From Saprospiraceae bacterium (GTDB lineage: Bacteria; Bacteroidota; Bacteroidia; Chitinophagales; Saprospiraceae), in NCBI GenBank assembly GCA_022448945.1, contig JAKVCV010000021.1, positions 6,804-70,803 of the forward strand: a stretch of 64,000 nt of DNA, in the 5' to 3' direction. Each line of letters begins with the position of its first letter. The stretch's first letter is position 1. Position numbers and translations under genes: made by a program. This document shows positions 9,311 to 18,234 of the stretch, piece after piece. The notes beneath the pieces are model-generated. The model saw only the letters and a program-made list of their open reading frames with translations. It was not told where the DNA came from and did no database searches.

Positions 9311-11869
9311 TTAATCTTCCTCTAGCCATTTATCTCTGCCCCATAAATGTTCATCCAATGGTTTAATATCTGAGATTAAGTCCCAGCATTTAGAGTTTAA
9401 TTCTGTATATCCGGGTATGTTTAATCCAGCTCTAGCATCAGTAGTAAATAATGGATTTGGTGATAAATATGCTTCACTATGGTATGACATTACAGGTAAT
9501 TCAAGGCTAATTGATGGAATATCATCAAAAAGTTTTGCTTTGTCAATATAAAGATTCTGCATAAAGTTGGTGTGTGCCCCTTTCCATTGATCATCTTCAA
9601 AATCAAAAGCTATTTTTGTAATAAGAAAAAACTCTCCATGAATTGAAACAGGATATACAGATCGTTTACTATTTACTGTTCCATCAGGAGAAAAGCCCCT
9701 AAGAAGATATGTGTCATTGGGAACCCTGATCCTGAATTCAAAATAACTTGCTTTAGCATTGCCATCAATATTACTTTCGACAAAATTATAAATTGATTCA
9801 TTCAGGTATCCATCAAGAAAAGGCATAATTGTAGAAAATCCAGAAGGAAGCATTTCTTTAATTCTTTTTACAATTGAGGCCCTTAAATTGTTTTTTAAAA
9901 AATCATCATATTGGCTGTAATCAAATGGTGGTGGACATGGTAGATTTTGTTCATTTTGTTCAGTTAATTGCAGTTCCTGGAGAATACGCATAGAGCAGAA
10001 TTTTCCATATTCAACTTCATAGATACTTGCTTCATGAGAAGCAAAACCAGTAAAACCTGCCATTCCTTTTCCTGGAAGGGCCATGAGTTTAAATTCCTCG
10101 TTTTTGTCATAAAAATTAAATGGTGCAATTGGGATAAGCTTTGTATGTGAGGTTTTACCTACCATATCCATTGATATATCAAGTGTTAAACAAGACAGGA
10201 TATAAAGCCATAAAACAGCATTCTCAGATGTGGATGGGTTTTTATCCGCTACAAATTTAAGTGCTTGTTTTAGTAACTTTTTTTCGTTTGATAGTGGGAG
10301 TAGTGGTTTTAGATATGCTCTTTCCTCATTTGCAATACGTATTAATTCATGCTGAATTTGCAGTGATTTTTTTGGTAAACACAGTTTTTCCCTCATTACA
10401 TCAAGTTCTTTTTTTGCAAAGTCTATCATTAGGGAAATATGGTCGTCTGAAGGAATACTTTTGATTGTTTCTCTGTAAAATAAGCGCATTTGTTCGCGAA
10501 GCTCAAATTTGTCTAACAACTTGGATATTTTTCCAACTTCTACACTTTGAGCCTCGTTTAAAATGGCACTCAGAATATGTGTGATGCCACTCAATAATCT
10601 TAGAATAGTTGGTTTAGTAGTAACTTTTGTTTTGCTTGAAAAAAAAGAACGACCAATACTCAGTTTTTCATGTGCATGTATTTTAAACTGGTTTTCAAGT
10701 TCTGTAACATCGGGGTCAACAAAGATCAATTGTCTTTCAAAATCTTTATCTTCTTTTGTGGTATCAATGTAGGAAGCTAAACGAAATGCTTCTTTGACAG
10801 GTTCGTTATTGAAAACACCGCCATCAACATAAGTGAATGGGTAGCTTTCTTTTCCTTTTAATTCTTCTGCCCATTCACTACCGTATTCAAACCTGTATCT
10901 ATTAAGTACTACTGGTTCAAATGCAAATGGTACGGCAGCTGATGCAATAGCAGTTGCTGTTATTTCCCGCCAGGCATTGTTGCCATTTAAGTTTTCAATT
11001 ATTTTATTGTATTCAGATCCGTGTTGATCTTCTTGTATGATAACCATGTCATCACCATCGTGGAACTGAACCCATCGTAAAGGGTAGTAGGCTCCTTCGG
11101 AGCCATTTATTTCATTGAAATTAAGATCAAAAACCCTTAATTCACTGTGAATTCTATCTACTGAACTATCGTTCAAAGCTTTGATTAGTGAAGGTTTATG
11201 CCCATCTTCTAAATGTGTTCTTTTTGACTTCTTAAGTGTGTGACTCAAGTTCGCCAATGTACAACCAAAAAGGACCCTGTCGCCAAGCAATATTTTGTGT
11301 TTCAATCTACTTGCAGGTGTTTGAAATTGAAAAATATCAGTTCCTAATTGATCAACAATACCGCGATCCATGAACCCTGGATAATCGCGCATGTTTTTTT
11401 CAAATGATCCCGTTCCTAAAAAACGATCTACATCTACTTTTTTTGCCCAAACTTTGTCTTGAAATTCCTGTATAGTTTGAGCTGCAAGTAGCTGTTCATA
11501 TTTTTCAGGAAATTCCATTTTAATTTCTATTAATTTCCCCCCAAACTGCCTCGAGAGTTTTTGTTCTAGATGATCTCTTAGATTATCATATGACCTGAAA
11601 CCTAAGAATCTGTATTTGTCTCTGGGGTTTACTAGAATCCTTAGCATAATAGCCAAAGAGATCGCTCCGGCACTTGCACCACTAAAAACATCTATTTCAA
11701 CTTTGTCATAAGGAGCATATATTTTATTGCCATCACTGTCTTTTTCTTCGGTGTCGTATTGTCCGTAAACAATTTGTTGTTTTATAGCTTCAGAAAGTGC
11801 AGCACCTGAAAAAGTACCCAAAGATACGCCTCCTCCCATAACAAAACCTAACCGCAGTGTTTTCCCCAT
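9311..11869 (-). CDS. large patatin-like phospholipase family protein (852 aa), apparently of the patatin-related TIGR03607/DUF3376-like type
   Basis: It has the variant N-terminal oxyanion motif LRLGFVMGGGVSLGTFSGAAL, the nucleophile elbow FSGASAGAISLA (GxSxG) and the catalytic Asp motif YVDGGVFNNEPV. The remaining roughly 450 aa match nothing I recognise. Confidence 0.8.
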   Translation of the reverse strand: MGKTLRLGFVMGGGVSLGTFSGAALSEAIKQQIVYGQYDTEEKDSDGNKIYAPYDKVEIDVFSGASAGAISLAIMLRILVNPRDKYRFLGFRSYDNLRDHLEQKLSRQFGGKLIEIKMEFPEKYEQLLAAQTIQEFQDKVWAKKVDVDRFLGTGSFEKNMRDYPGFMDRGIVDQLGTDIFQFQTPASRLKHKILLGDRVLFGCTLANLSHTLKKSKRTHLEDGHKPSLIKALNDSSVDRIHSELRVFDLNFNEINGSEGAYYPLRWVQFHDGDDMVIIQEDQHGSEYNKIIENLNGNNAWREITATAIASAAVPFAFEPVVLNRYRFEYGSEWAEELKGKESYPFTYVDGGVFNNEPVKEAFRLASYIDTTKEDKDFERQLIFVDPDVTELENQFKIHAHEKLSIGRSFFSSKTKVTTKPTILRLLSGITHILSAILNEAQSVEVGKISKLLDKFELREQMRLFYRETIKSIPSDDHISLMIDFAKKELDVMREKLCLPKKSLQIQHELIRIANEERAYLKPLLPLSNEKKLLKQALKFVADKNPSTSENAVLWLYILSCLTLDISMDMVGKTSHTKLIPIAPFNFYDKNEEFKLMALPGKGMAGFTGFASHEASIYEVEYGKFCSMRILQELQLTEQNEQNLPCPPPFDYSQYDDFLKNNLRASIVKRIKEMLPSGFSTIMPFLDGYLNESIYNFVESNIDGNAKASYFEFRIRVPNDTYLLRGFSPDGTVNSKRSVYPVSIHGEFFLITKIAFDFEDDQWKGAHTNFMQNLYIDKAKLFDDIPSISLELPVMSYHSEAYLSPNPLFTTDARAGLNIPGYTELNSKCWDLISDIKPLDEHLWGRDKWLEED

Positions 11870-12094
11870 GTTCTTTTAATAAGCTTGTTATGAAATCGTT
11901 TAATTTGTCAATAAAAATGGTGTATAAAACTAATCTTTTCAGAGTTGTGTGTGAGTAACACATGTTTTTATATGGTATCTAAAGATATATAATATTGAGC
12001 ATACATAGAAATATTATTGTCATTTGCTTCATATGAAAACTAAGATGGTTTTTTAGGTATTAAGTGCATTTTAATTTTGTTCAAGCTTTTCTAT

Positions 12095-13255
12095 TTAACG
12101 GCCGTCAAATAAATTGATTTGAATATTGTTTTTTTGGTGTTCATTCAATATTTTTTTTTGAGTTTTAATCGCGATCCAATCATGTTTTTCCAGACATTTA
12201 AAATTTTTATCAATTATGTATGTCAGTTCTTTTTGTATGCTATCTAAAGGCATCCAATAATGTTTATTTTTTGAGATATCGTCAACTAGTGCTTGTTTTA
12301 ATTTCTGTGTCTCTAACTTAAAATACTTGTTGCTGTCTGAAGAAACTAAAATCATTTTCTCGAGGATATTGTAGTGGATATCAGAACCTAGTAGACTGCA
12401 GGTAATTGTACTGTCTATCGGTAATTCCCAGCCATAGTAAATGTATTCTATACTGTCTTCAGGGTAGATGGCCATTAAAAGTTCTATAAAATTATTGTCT
12501 TCTGGTTCCAACGTTTTTTGACTGATTTTTTGCCAGTATTTAAGATCTTTAAAAAGATAGTATTTCTGATGTTCAGGAATGTAATGAACAAGCATTCCAT
12601 CAATCAATTCATTTAACCAGAAAAAATCGGGAAGTTGTGTGCTTTTTAGCATCGGAATGTTTAGATTCATATAATCTTCCAAATTGTCTTTGAGTAATTG
12701 AGACATAGAAAAAATACTATTAAAAGCAGAAAGTGTTGTAATGTTTTGTGCTTTATTATGGTAAGTAGTAATTTGTTGTGCAAGAGAAGGGCCAAAAAAA
12801 TTTAGAGCGCGTTGATCAAGTACTTTCTCTTTTAATTGTACGTTTTTGGAAGCTTTAAAATCAATGCATCCTCCATAGATCCATCCAAATTTATTTTCTT
12901 CAAGAAGTATTTGTAACCAGGGTTCATTGTATTGAATTCCTTCAATTTTTATAGACCTGTTATAAGGCGTGATTTTATTATTAAAAAGCACGCTGTCGCC
13001 TTTCATCTTTCTTGATATTTCAGGTGAATTAATGCTTGGGTTTTTTCTTATAACTGCATAATTTGTAGTGATGCGCAATGAAATAGCAGATCCATTGATA
13101 TCTAACATTTTAGATTCAATAATATTTTTTTTACTATCATTTTGGCATCCTGAAACGGCAAAAATAAAAAAGGCAATAGGGAAGGTGTTGAGAAAAAACA
13201 ATAGAAAATTACCAAATAATAACTCCTTTAAGAAATTCTTCTCCAATTTCATCAT
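12095..13255 (-). CDS. hypothetical lipoprotein with an SH3b-like segment
   Basis: The internal start MMKLEKNF... gives a signal peptide ending in the lipobox-like AVSGC. An SH3-like stretch is present (AVIRKNPSINSPEISRKMKGDSVLF ... EPWLQILLEENKFGWIYGG). The 55-codon N-terminal extension in the listed ORF overlaps the DUF721 gene and is probably not translated. Confidence 0.6.
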   Translation of the reverse strand: MMKLEKNFLKELLFGNFLLFFLNTFPIAFFIFAVSGCQNDSKKNIIESKMLDINGSAISLRITTNYAVIRKNPSINSPEISRKMKGDSVLFNNKITPYNRSIKIEGIQYNEPWLQILLEENKFGWIYGGCIDFKASKNVQLKEKVLDQRALNFFGPSLAQQITTYHNKAQNITTLSAFNSIFSMSQLLKDNLEDYMNLNIPMLKSTQLPDFFWLNELIDGMLVHYIPEHQKYYLFKDLKYWQKISQKTLEPEDNNFIELLMAIYPEDSIEYIYYGWELPIDSTITCSLLGSDIHYNILEKMILVSSDSNKYFKLETQKLKQALVDDISKNKHYWMPLDSIQKELTYIIDKNFKCLEKHDWIAIKTQKKILNEHQKNNIQINLFDGR

Positions 13256-13538
13256 TGATAAACTTTTTGATCTTATCTTTTGAAAAAGAAATCTCTTGGC
13301 GTAATGAAGAAGAAGAAATAGTGATGTATAATTTACGTTTTTTGACATAGATGTTTTTAGTGTAACTACTGATTTTAGGTCCCATAGTGTCATACCAGAT
13401 TTGTTTAGCCCTGGATGCATGGTATTTTTCTATTAATCCATAAGCTTTGAGGTATGGAATCAGAATATTTCCAATGGTTGAATCATTGCTTTTGCGGTAA
13501 GATAATTTATTATGTTCTTTATTGATATCGAATTTCAT
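13209..13538 (-). CDS. DUF721 (DciA-like) domain protein
   Basis: The 109-aa protein shows the DUF721 pattern W..ivG..i..hT....i....L.v.v.ss.w..EL......i...iN...g (IWYDTMGPKISSYTKNIYVKKRKLYITISSSSLRQEISFSKDKIKKFINDEIG). Confidence 0.7.
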   Translation of the reverse strand: MKFDINKEHNKLSYRKSNDSTIGNILIPYLKAYGLIEKYHASRAKQIWYDTMGPKISSYTKNIYVKKRKLYITISSSSLRQEISFSKDKIKKFINDEIGEEFLKGVIIW

Positions 13539-13768
13539 AAATTTAGTAGGGCAACAAATTGCAATTGGTATAGTTAGTTTTTGATAAGATTTATTAACAA
13601 TAATTTCAGCTTGAAAAATAAACTCTAAAGTAAGTTAATAAAAAAAATAAACGAATAGATGATTTAAGCTGTATAATATTGCTATTTTCGACGAATGGTT
13701 TTATATTTTATTTGTTTATAACCTTAAGCAAATATAACAGGTTTGTTTTTAGTTTAAAAATCAAGATA

Positions 13769-14980
13769 ATGTATTTAGATAAAATAAATTTAAATGGGAA
13801 AAAGGTGCTCATTCGTGTAGATTTCAATGTTCCTTTGGATAAAACTTTTAAAGTTACAGATGATACCCGTATACGTGGAGCAATTCCAACCATTGAATAT
13901 GTTTTGCAACATGGAGGTGCAGTAATTTTAATGTCTCATTTAGGACGCCCACAAAAGAAAAAACTTGAAGATGGCTCACTAGATAGAGAACGATTTAGCC
14001 TTAAACATACAGTGACTTGCCTTTCTACATTGCTTGGACAGTCTGTAGATTTTGTAGATGATACAATTGGATCTAAAGTAGTGTCAAAAGTTGATAAAAT
14101 ACAAATGGGAGATGTATTGGTTTTGGAGAATACTCGTTTTTATAAAGAAGAAAAAGAAGGTGATGAAAGATTTGCAGAGCAATTGGCTAAACTAGCTGAT
14201 ATTTATGTCAATGATGCTTTTGGCACTGCACACCGTGCACATGCATCTACATGTACTGTTGCTAGATATTTTTCTAAGGGTTCGAAGGCATTTGGTTTTC
14301 TTGTAAAAAAAGAACTTGAAAGTGCGCAAAGATTAACTAATAAACCTCTCCGTCCTTTTACTGCTATTGTTGGAGGAGCGAAGGTATCTGATAAGATTTT
14401 ATTACTGGATAAACTAGTTGATACTGTTGATAATATTGTTATTGGTGGTGGAATGGCGTACACCCTTATAAAGGCGCAAGGAGGTGAGGTAGGGAATTCT
14501 TTGTTTGAAGAGGATAAAATTCAAACAGCAAAACAATTATTATCTAAAGCAAAGGCTAAAGGCGTAAGAATCTTACTTCCTTATGATTCTGTTATTGCTG
14601 ATAAATTTGATAATGGTGCTTCAATAAAGGTTGTCCAAAGTAGCAATATTCCTATAGGTTGGATGGGTTTGGATATTGGTGATAAAGCTGTTGAAAAGTT
14701 TGAGGATGTTATCATAAATTCTAAAACTTTGGTATGGAATGGTCCAATGGGAGTATTTGAAATGTCAAATTTTGCGAAAGGAACTTCAAAAATTGCAGAG
14801 TCTGTTGTGGCAGCAACTGAGAATGGTGCTTTTTCTCTTGTAGGTGGAGGGGATTCAGTCGCTGCTATAAATAAAGCTGGGAAAGCTGATCAGGTGAGTT
14901 TTGTTTCAACTGGAGGTGGAGCTATGTTGAAATTGTTAGAGGGTGTTGTTTTGCCAGCAGTAGGAGCAATTTTAGATTGA
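13769..14980 (+). CDS. pgk: phosphoglycerate kinase
   Basis: Canonical PGK motifs are present (KKVLIRVDFNVPLD, MSHLGRP, NDAFGTAHRAHAST, WNGPMGVFE, GGGDS, STGGGA). The ATG at 13769 gives the usual MxLDKxNL N-terminus, and the listed start at 13679 adds 30 non-homologous residues. Confidence 0.95.
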   Translation: MYLDKINLNGKKVLIRVDFNVPLDKTFKVTDDTRIRGAIPTIEYVLQHGGAVILMSHLGRPQKKKLEDGSLDRERFSLKHTVTCLSTLLGQSVDFVDDTIGSKVVSKVDKIQMGDVLVLENTRFYKEEKEGDERFAEQLAKLADIYVNDAFGTAHRAHASTCTVARYFSKGSKAFGFLVKKELESAQRLTNKPLRPFTAIVGGAKVSDKILLLDKLVDTVDNIVIGGGMAYTLIKAQGGEVGNSLFEEDKIQTAKQLLSKAKAKGVRILLPYDSVIADKFDNGASIKVVQSSNIPIGWMGLDIGDKAVEKFEDVIINSKTLVWNGPMGVFEMSNFAKGTSKIAESVVAATENGAFSLVGGGDSVAAINKAGKADQVSFVSTGGGAMLKLLEGVVLPAVGAILD

Positions 14981-15139
14981 TGCTGTTAATTATTAGTTCA
15001 AAATAGTTGTCTTTCTTTGTTAAGTTTAAATATCTGTCATAATGAAGAAAAAACTAGGAATTTGGAATAAAATATCTTAAATACTGTAAAAACAATTTTT
15101 AACTTTTTTATCTTTTAATTTTATAAATAAAATTTAGTA

Positions 15140-16591
15140 ATGGGAGCTCAGATATCACGTAATACTATTTTAGATGACAGTTTAAATCAGGAAGAACCCA
15201 GGAAATATAAAGGTGCTTTTGCGCTCCTTACTTCTCTTTTTTTTATGTGGGGATTTATAACTGTAGTAAATGATCCCTTGATATCTGCATTTAGGAAGAT
15301 ATTTGAGTTGAATGCATTTCATGCAAGTTTGGTTCAATTCGCCTTTTTTATTGCTTTTTTTGTTATTTCTCTTATATATTTTTTAGCCTCATCGTCCCGA
15401 GGAGAAGATCCTATTAATAGGATTGGTTATAAAAAGGGCATGTCCATTAGTTTGGGCGTTTGTTCTTTAGGGTGTTTTTCTTTTTATCCTGCTGCATTGG
15501 CAGAATCCTATCCTTTATTTTTACTTTCTCTATTTATACTAGCATCAGGAATTACTTTACTTCAAATCTGTGCAAACCCTTATGCTGCTATCATGGGTAG
15601 TAAAGAAACAGCTTCTAGTCGTTTAAATTTGGCTCAGGGATTTAATTCTCTGGGAACTACTATTGCACCCCTTGCTGCATCCCTTTTGATATTTAAAGTT
15701 TTTACTGATGGTACAGAGCCTACCTTAGAAGCAATATCTTCAACCTATTTGATTACGGGTTCATTGTTTTTAATATTAAGTTTTGTTGTATGGCTTGCAA
15801 ATATGCCTTCTTATACAAATAATGAAAAAGTAGAAGGAGGTTTGGGAGTTTTAAAATTTCCTCAATTAAAATGGGGTATAGGTGCTATCTTTTTTTATGT
15901 TGGTGGGGAAGTAGCAATAGGTAGTTTTATGATGCCATATATGGAAGATGTTTTTGGATTTGAACCTGCAAAAGCAGGGGCATATCTTGCTTTTTATTGG
16001 GGAGGTGCAATGATAGGTCGTTTACTTGGTGCTGTTTCATTCAATAAAAAAATGCCTGATAATAAAAAATATCCTTTAATGGCTATCATATCTGTTGCGG
16101 TTTTTAGTTTTATCTATATGGTTACCGGATTAGAACTGGGTGATGATGGTACAATATCTTTTGTGGGTTTAGAAATGTCGGAGGTATCCCTGTATATGCT
16201 TTTTCTTGGGCTTAATTTTATTGGATTTTATATAGGGAAATCTAATGCTGCTCAAACATTAACTATATTTAGTGTTGCAGTAATAGTATTGTTGCTTATG
16301 GGGGTTTTTGGGGGAACAGGAAAAATTGCTTTGTGGTCGTTATTGAGTATAGGGTTGTTCAACTCTATTATGTGGTCTAATATTTTCACATTGGCAATTA
16401 AAGATTTAGGAGTCTATACAAGTCAAGGATCATCATTATTAGTGATGGCAATTGTTGGGGGTGCTTTTATCCCAGTTTTACATGGGCAAATGATTGATTT
16501 GATTGGAATTCAGATGTCCTTTTTAACACCAATTGTTTGTTATGCCTATATATTGTTTTACGGTTTGAAAGGGCATAAAACAATTCATTAA
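15140..16591 (+). CDS. MFS sugar:H+ symporter of the FucP/GluP (fucose or glucose/galactose) family
   Basis: It has about 12 TM helices and the family-typical N-terminus LTSLFFMWGFITVVNDPLI, plus the ANPY and GFNSLGTT motifs. Confidence 0.85.
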   Translation: MGAQISRNTILDDSLNQEEPRKYKGAFALLTSLFFMWGFITVVNDPLISAFRKIFELNAFHASLVQFAFFIAFFVISLIYFLASSSRGEDPINRIGYKKGMSISLGVCSLGCFSFYPAALAESYPLFLLSLFILASGITLLQICANPYAAIMGSKETASSRLNLAQGFNSLGTTIAPLAASLLIFKVFTDGTEPTLEAISSTYLITGSLFLILSFVVWLANMPSYTNNEKVEGGLGVLKFPQLKWGIGAIFFYVGGEVAIGSFMMPYMEDVFGFEPAKAGAYLAFYWGGAMIGRLLGAVSFNKKMPDNKKYPLMAIISVAVFSFIYMVTGLELGDDGTISFVGLEMSEVSLYMLFLGLNFIGFYIGKSNAAQTLTIFSVAVIVLLLMGVFGGTGKIALWSLLSIGLFNSIMWSNIFTLAIKDLGVYTSQGSSLLVMAIVGGAFIPVLHGQMIDLIGIQMSFLTPIVCYAYILFYGLKGHKTIH

Positions 16592-17202
16592 GAGCTTTCG
16601 GTTTTAGGTTTATTATCTTTAATAATGTTAAGCCATCTAGTCCAAAGTAAAAAAACAAGACCATAAATTACAAATTTAAAAGCAAACTTATGGTTTAGTT
16701 CCCAGATAGCAGGATCGTATTTTATTATTATTGTTAAAATAGCAACCCTTAGAATATTGAAGCAATAGATAAGGAATAACCCCATTGGTATAAACCAAAG
16801 TTTTATTTTATTATTTCCAGGATATGAAAGGATTAAAGCAATAAACAAAGCCATGACGCCATATCCAATACAGTCCTCTCCAACAGATACCCAGGCAATC
16901 AATTCCCAGTTCATATATGCTGGGTCAACGTAGAATTCACCTAAAATTCTTAATTTAATCTCAGATGGTACAACTTCAGTTTTGTATTGAAAAAAGCTTA
17001 GAAAAAAAGCTGTTGAATATAAAATCCATTCAATAGCCCACATACAGAACTTTTGAAATAATGGAAATAAATCAAAATAGTTACGCCAGATACAAAAAAA
17101 TAGACCTTTCCATATTATGTAGATCAATATCAATCGTGTAATAAAAAGACTTAGGGTAGGGTTCTTTTTATATAGAGAAATAATAGAAGAAGGGGAGAAC
17201 AT
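16588..17202 (-). CDS. exosortase/archaeosortase family membrane protein, XrtF-like
   Basis: This 204-aa polytopic protein has ordered Cys (VGEDCIGYG), Arg (FNILRVAIL) and His (ELNHKFAFK) in the spacing typical of exosortases. Its size and C-terminus (YGLVFLLWTRWLN) resemble the short Bacteroidota XrtF class. The call is by eye only. Confidence 0.55.
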   Translation of the reverse strand: MFSPSSIISLYKKNPTLSLFITRLILIYIIWKGLFFCIWRNYFDLFPLFQKFCMWAIEWILYSTAFFLSFFQYKTEVVPSEIKLRILGEFYVDPAYMNWELIAWVSVGEDCIGYGVMALFIALILSYPGNNKIKLWFIPMGLFLIYCFNILRVAILTIIIKYDPAIWELNHKFAFKFVIYGLVFLLWTRWLNIIKDNKPKTESS

Positions 17203-17368
17203 TCACAATATATTTTGGTGTTATAGATGAAACTAATATCAATAATCTTTTTTTTAGTTCCAAATCTTTTTGAAAATTATTACTAAGTAATTTAAAGCTT
17301 TTAATATTTTAATTTAATACCAAATGCTTTAATTACTTGTATTTCAATTGGATTATTTCATTTTAGGC

Positions 17369-17414
17369 AAAAAAATTCCCCATGCATTAAATTTTCCGGA
17401 ATAATGCATGGGGA
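17369..17414 (-). terminator. strong Rho-independent terminator of the 63-aa gene
   Basis: The perfect 13-bp stem is TCCCCATGCATTA (17377-17389) / TAATGCATGGGGA (17402-17414). On the minus strand it is followed by a T7 run (A-run 17369-17375 on plus). It lies 37 nt past the stop codon. Confidence 0.8.
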
Positions 17415-17450
17415 TTGGATTGAGGGAGTAATTTAAATTACTTTAAATAA

Positions 17451-17642
17451 TTATACTTCCTCTTTTTTTCTCATTTTGTTAGCTCCGTATCCAACAGCAG
17501 CAACAACTAGTAATGATAAACCTGCATCTAAAGGTACACCACCACCACCCGGAGGGCCTGGAGGACCTTGAGCTAATAAAACTGGACAAATTGCAAATAC
17601 AAATGCAACAGCAGTTATTGTTTTAAAAATTAAGTTCTTCAT
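17451..17642 (-). CDS. 63-aa preprotein: Sec signal peptide + GPPGPPGGGG + PEP-CTERM-like sorting tail (VPLDAG - hydrophobic helix - RKKEE)
   Basis: I translated this myself: MKNLIFKTITAVAFVFAICPVLLAQ|GPPGPPGGGG|VPLDAG|LSLLVVAAVGYGANKM|RKKEEV. The GC-rich Gly/Pro codons stand out against the AT-rich background. It has a dedicated strong terminator and shares a strand with the XrtF-like gene 250 bp downstream. Confidence 0.6.
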   Translation of the reverse strand: MKNLIFKTITAVAFVFAICPVLLAQGPPGPPGGGGVPLDAGLSLLVVAAVGYGANKMRKKEEV

Positions 17643-17765
17643 GATTCATGATTTTAACTTGTTACATAATTTTTTTTCTTGTCTTAGCTATTCCAAAATC
17701 AATGCCCAAAACAATTATCACTGATTATCAGCGATTTACGCAGTAGCAATTGGCAAATATGTTCT

Positions 17766-17804
17766 ATATTTTGGAATATTTTCCATATTTTGGAACGTTT
17801 TTCC
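17766..17804. repeat. tandem 19/20-nt repeat with internal dyad symmetry (ATATTTTGGAA-N-TTTTCC x2)
   Basis: Direct reading gives ATATTTTGGAATATTTTCC (17766-17784) and ATATTTTGGAACGTTTTTCC (17785-17804). Each unit contains TTGGAA...TTCC half-sites. It lies about 125-160 bp upstream of the 63-aa gene. Confidence 0.7.
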
Positions 17805-18234
17805 GGTTTTTTATCCTGAAATTTTGATTTAAAAATAATTAAAAAATTTAAACTTTAATTTCAAAAAAACATTTTGCAAACAAATGATTAAATTGTAATA
17901 ATCTGCAAATCAATAGCTTATGCCTATTTAAATCGTTTTTTATTTGCGTCAGGCTTAATTTTCAAGTAAAAACCTCTTGTTATACTATCTAAAAAGATGT
18001 AAAAATTAAGATTATCGATTACTTCTTAATACGTTTAATCAGGGTAAATGAACATTGTAATTTATATAAAACGCTTTCATTATACCATTTCAAAATACTT
18101 TTACATAACTTACTCAAATTGATTTAAATATGCTTTAATTCATTTAAAAATAAACTAAAAATACTTAGAGAAGAGGTGTTTTTTTTTTAATTTTGAGCCT
18201 TAACTGTATATGAAAATAAAAAAAAAAGTAAGTT

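Noticed and set aside
13256-13420. N-terminal 55-codon extension of the 12095..13420 ORF
   Set aside because: The extension overlaps the DUF721 gene in another frame and precedes an internal Met that yields a clean lipoprotein signal peptide (…AVSGC). The shorter form is preferred.
13679-13768. Upstream start of the pgk ORF
   Set aside because: The extra 30 residues (MLFSTNGFIFYLFITLSKYN...) have no counterpart in phosphoglycerate kinases, and the ATG at 13769 restores the canonical N-terminus.
16588-16591. Convergent gene pairs sharing overlapping stop codons in a TTAA tetranucleotide (fucP-type transporter/XrtF-like at 16588-16591, and Omp85/mutS2 at 24147-24150) with no terminator between them
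   Set aside because: The overlaps are real but are trivially expected in an AT-rich, compact genome that uses TAA stops. There is no evidence of regulatory significance beyond possible transcriptional interference.
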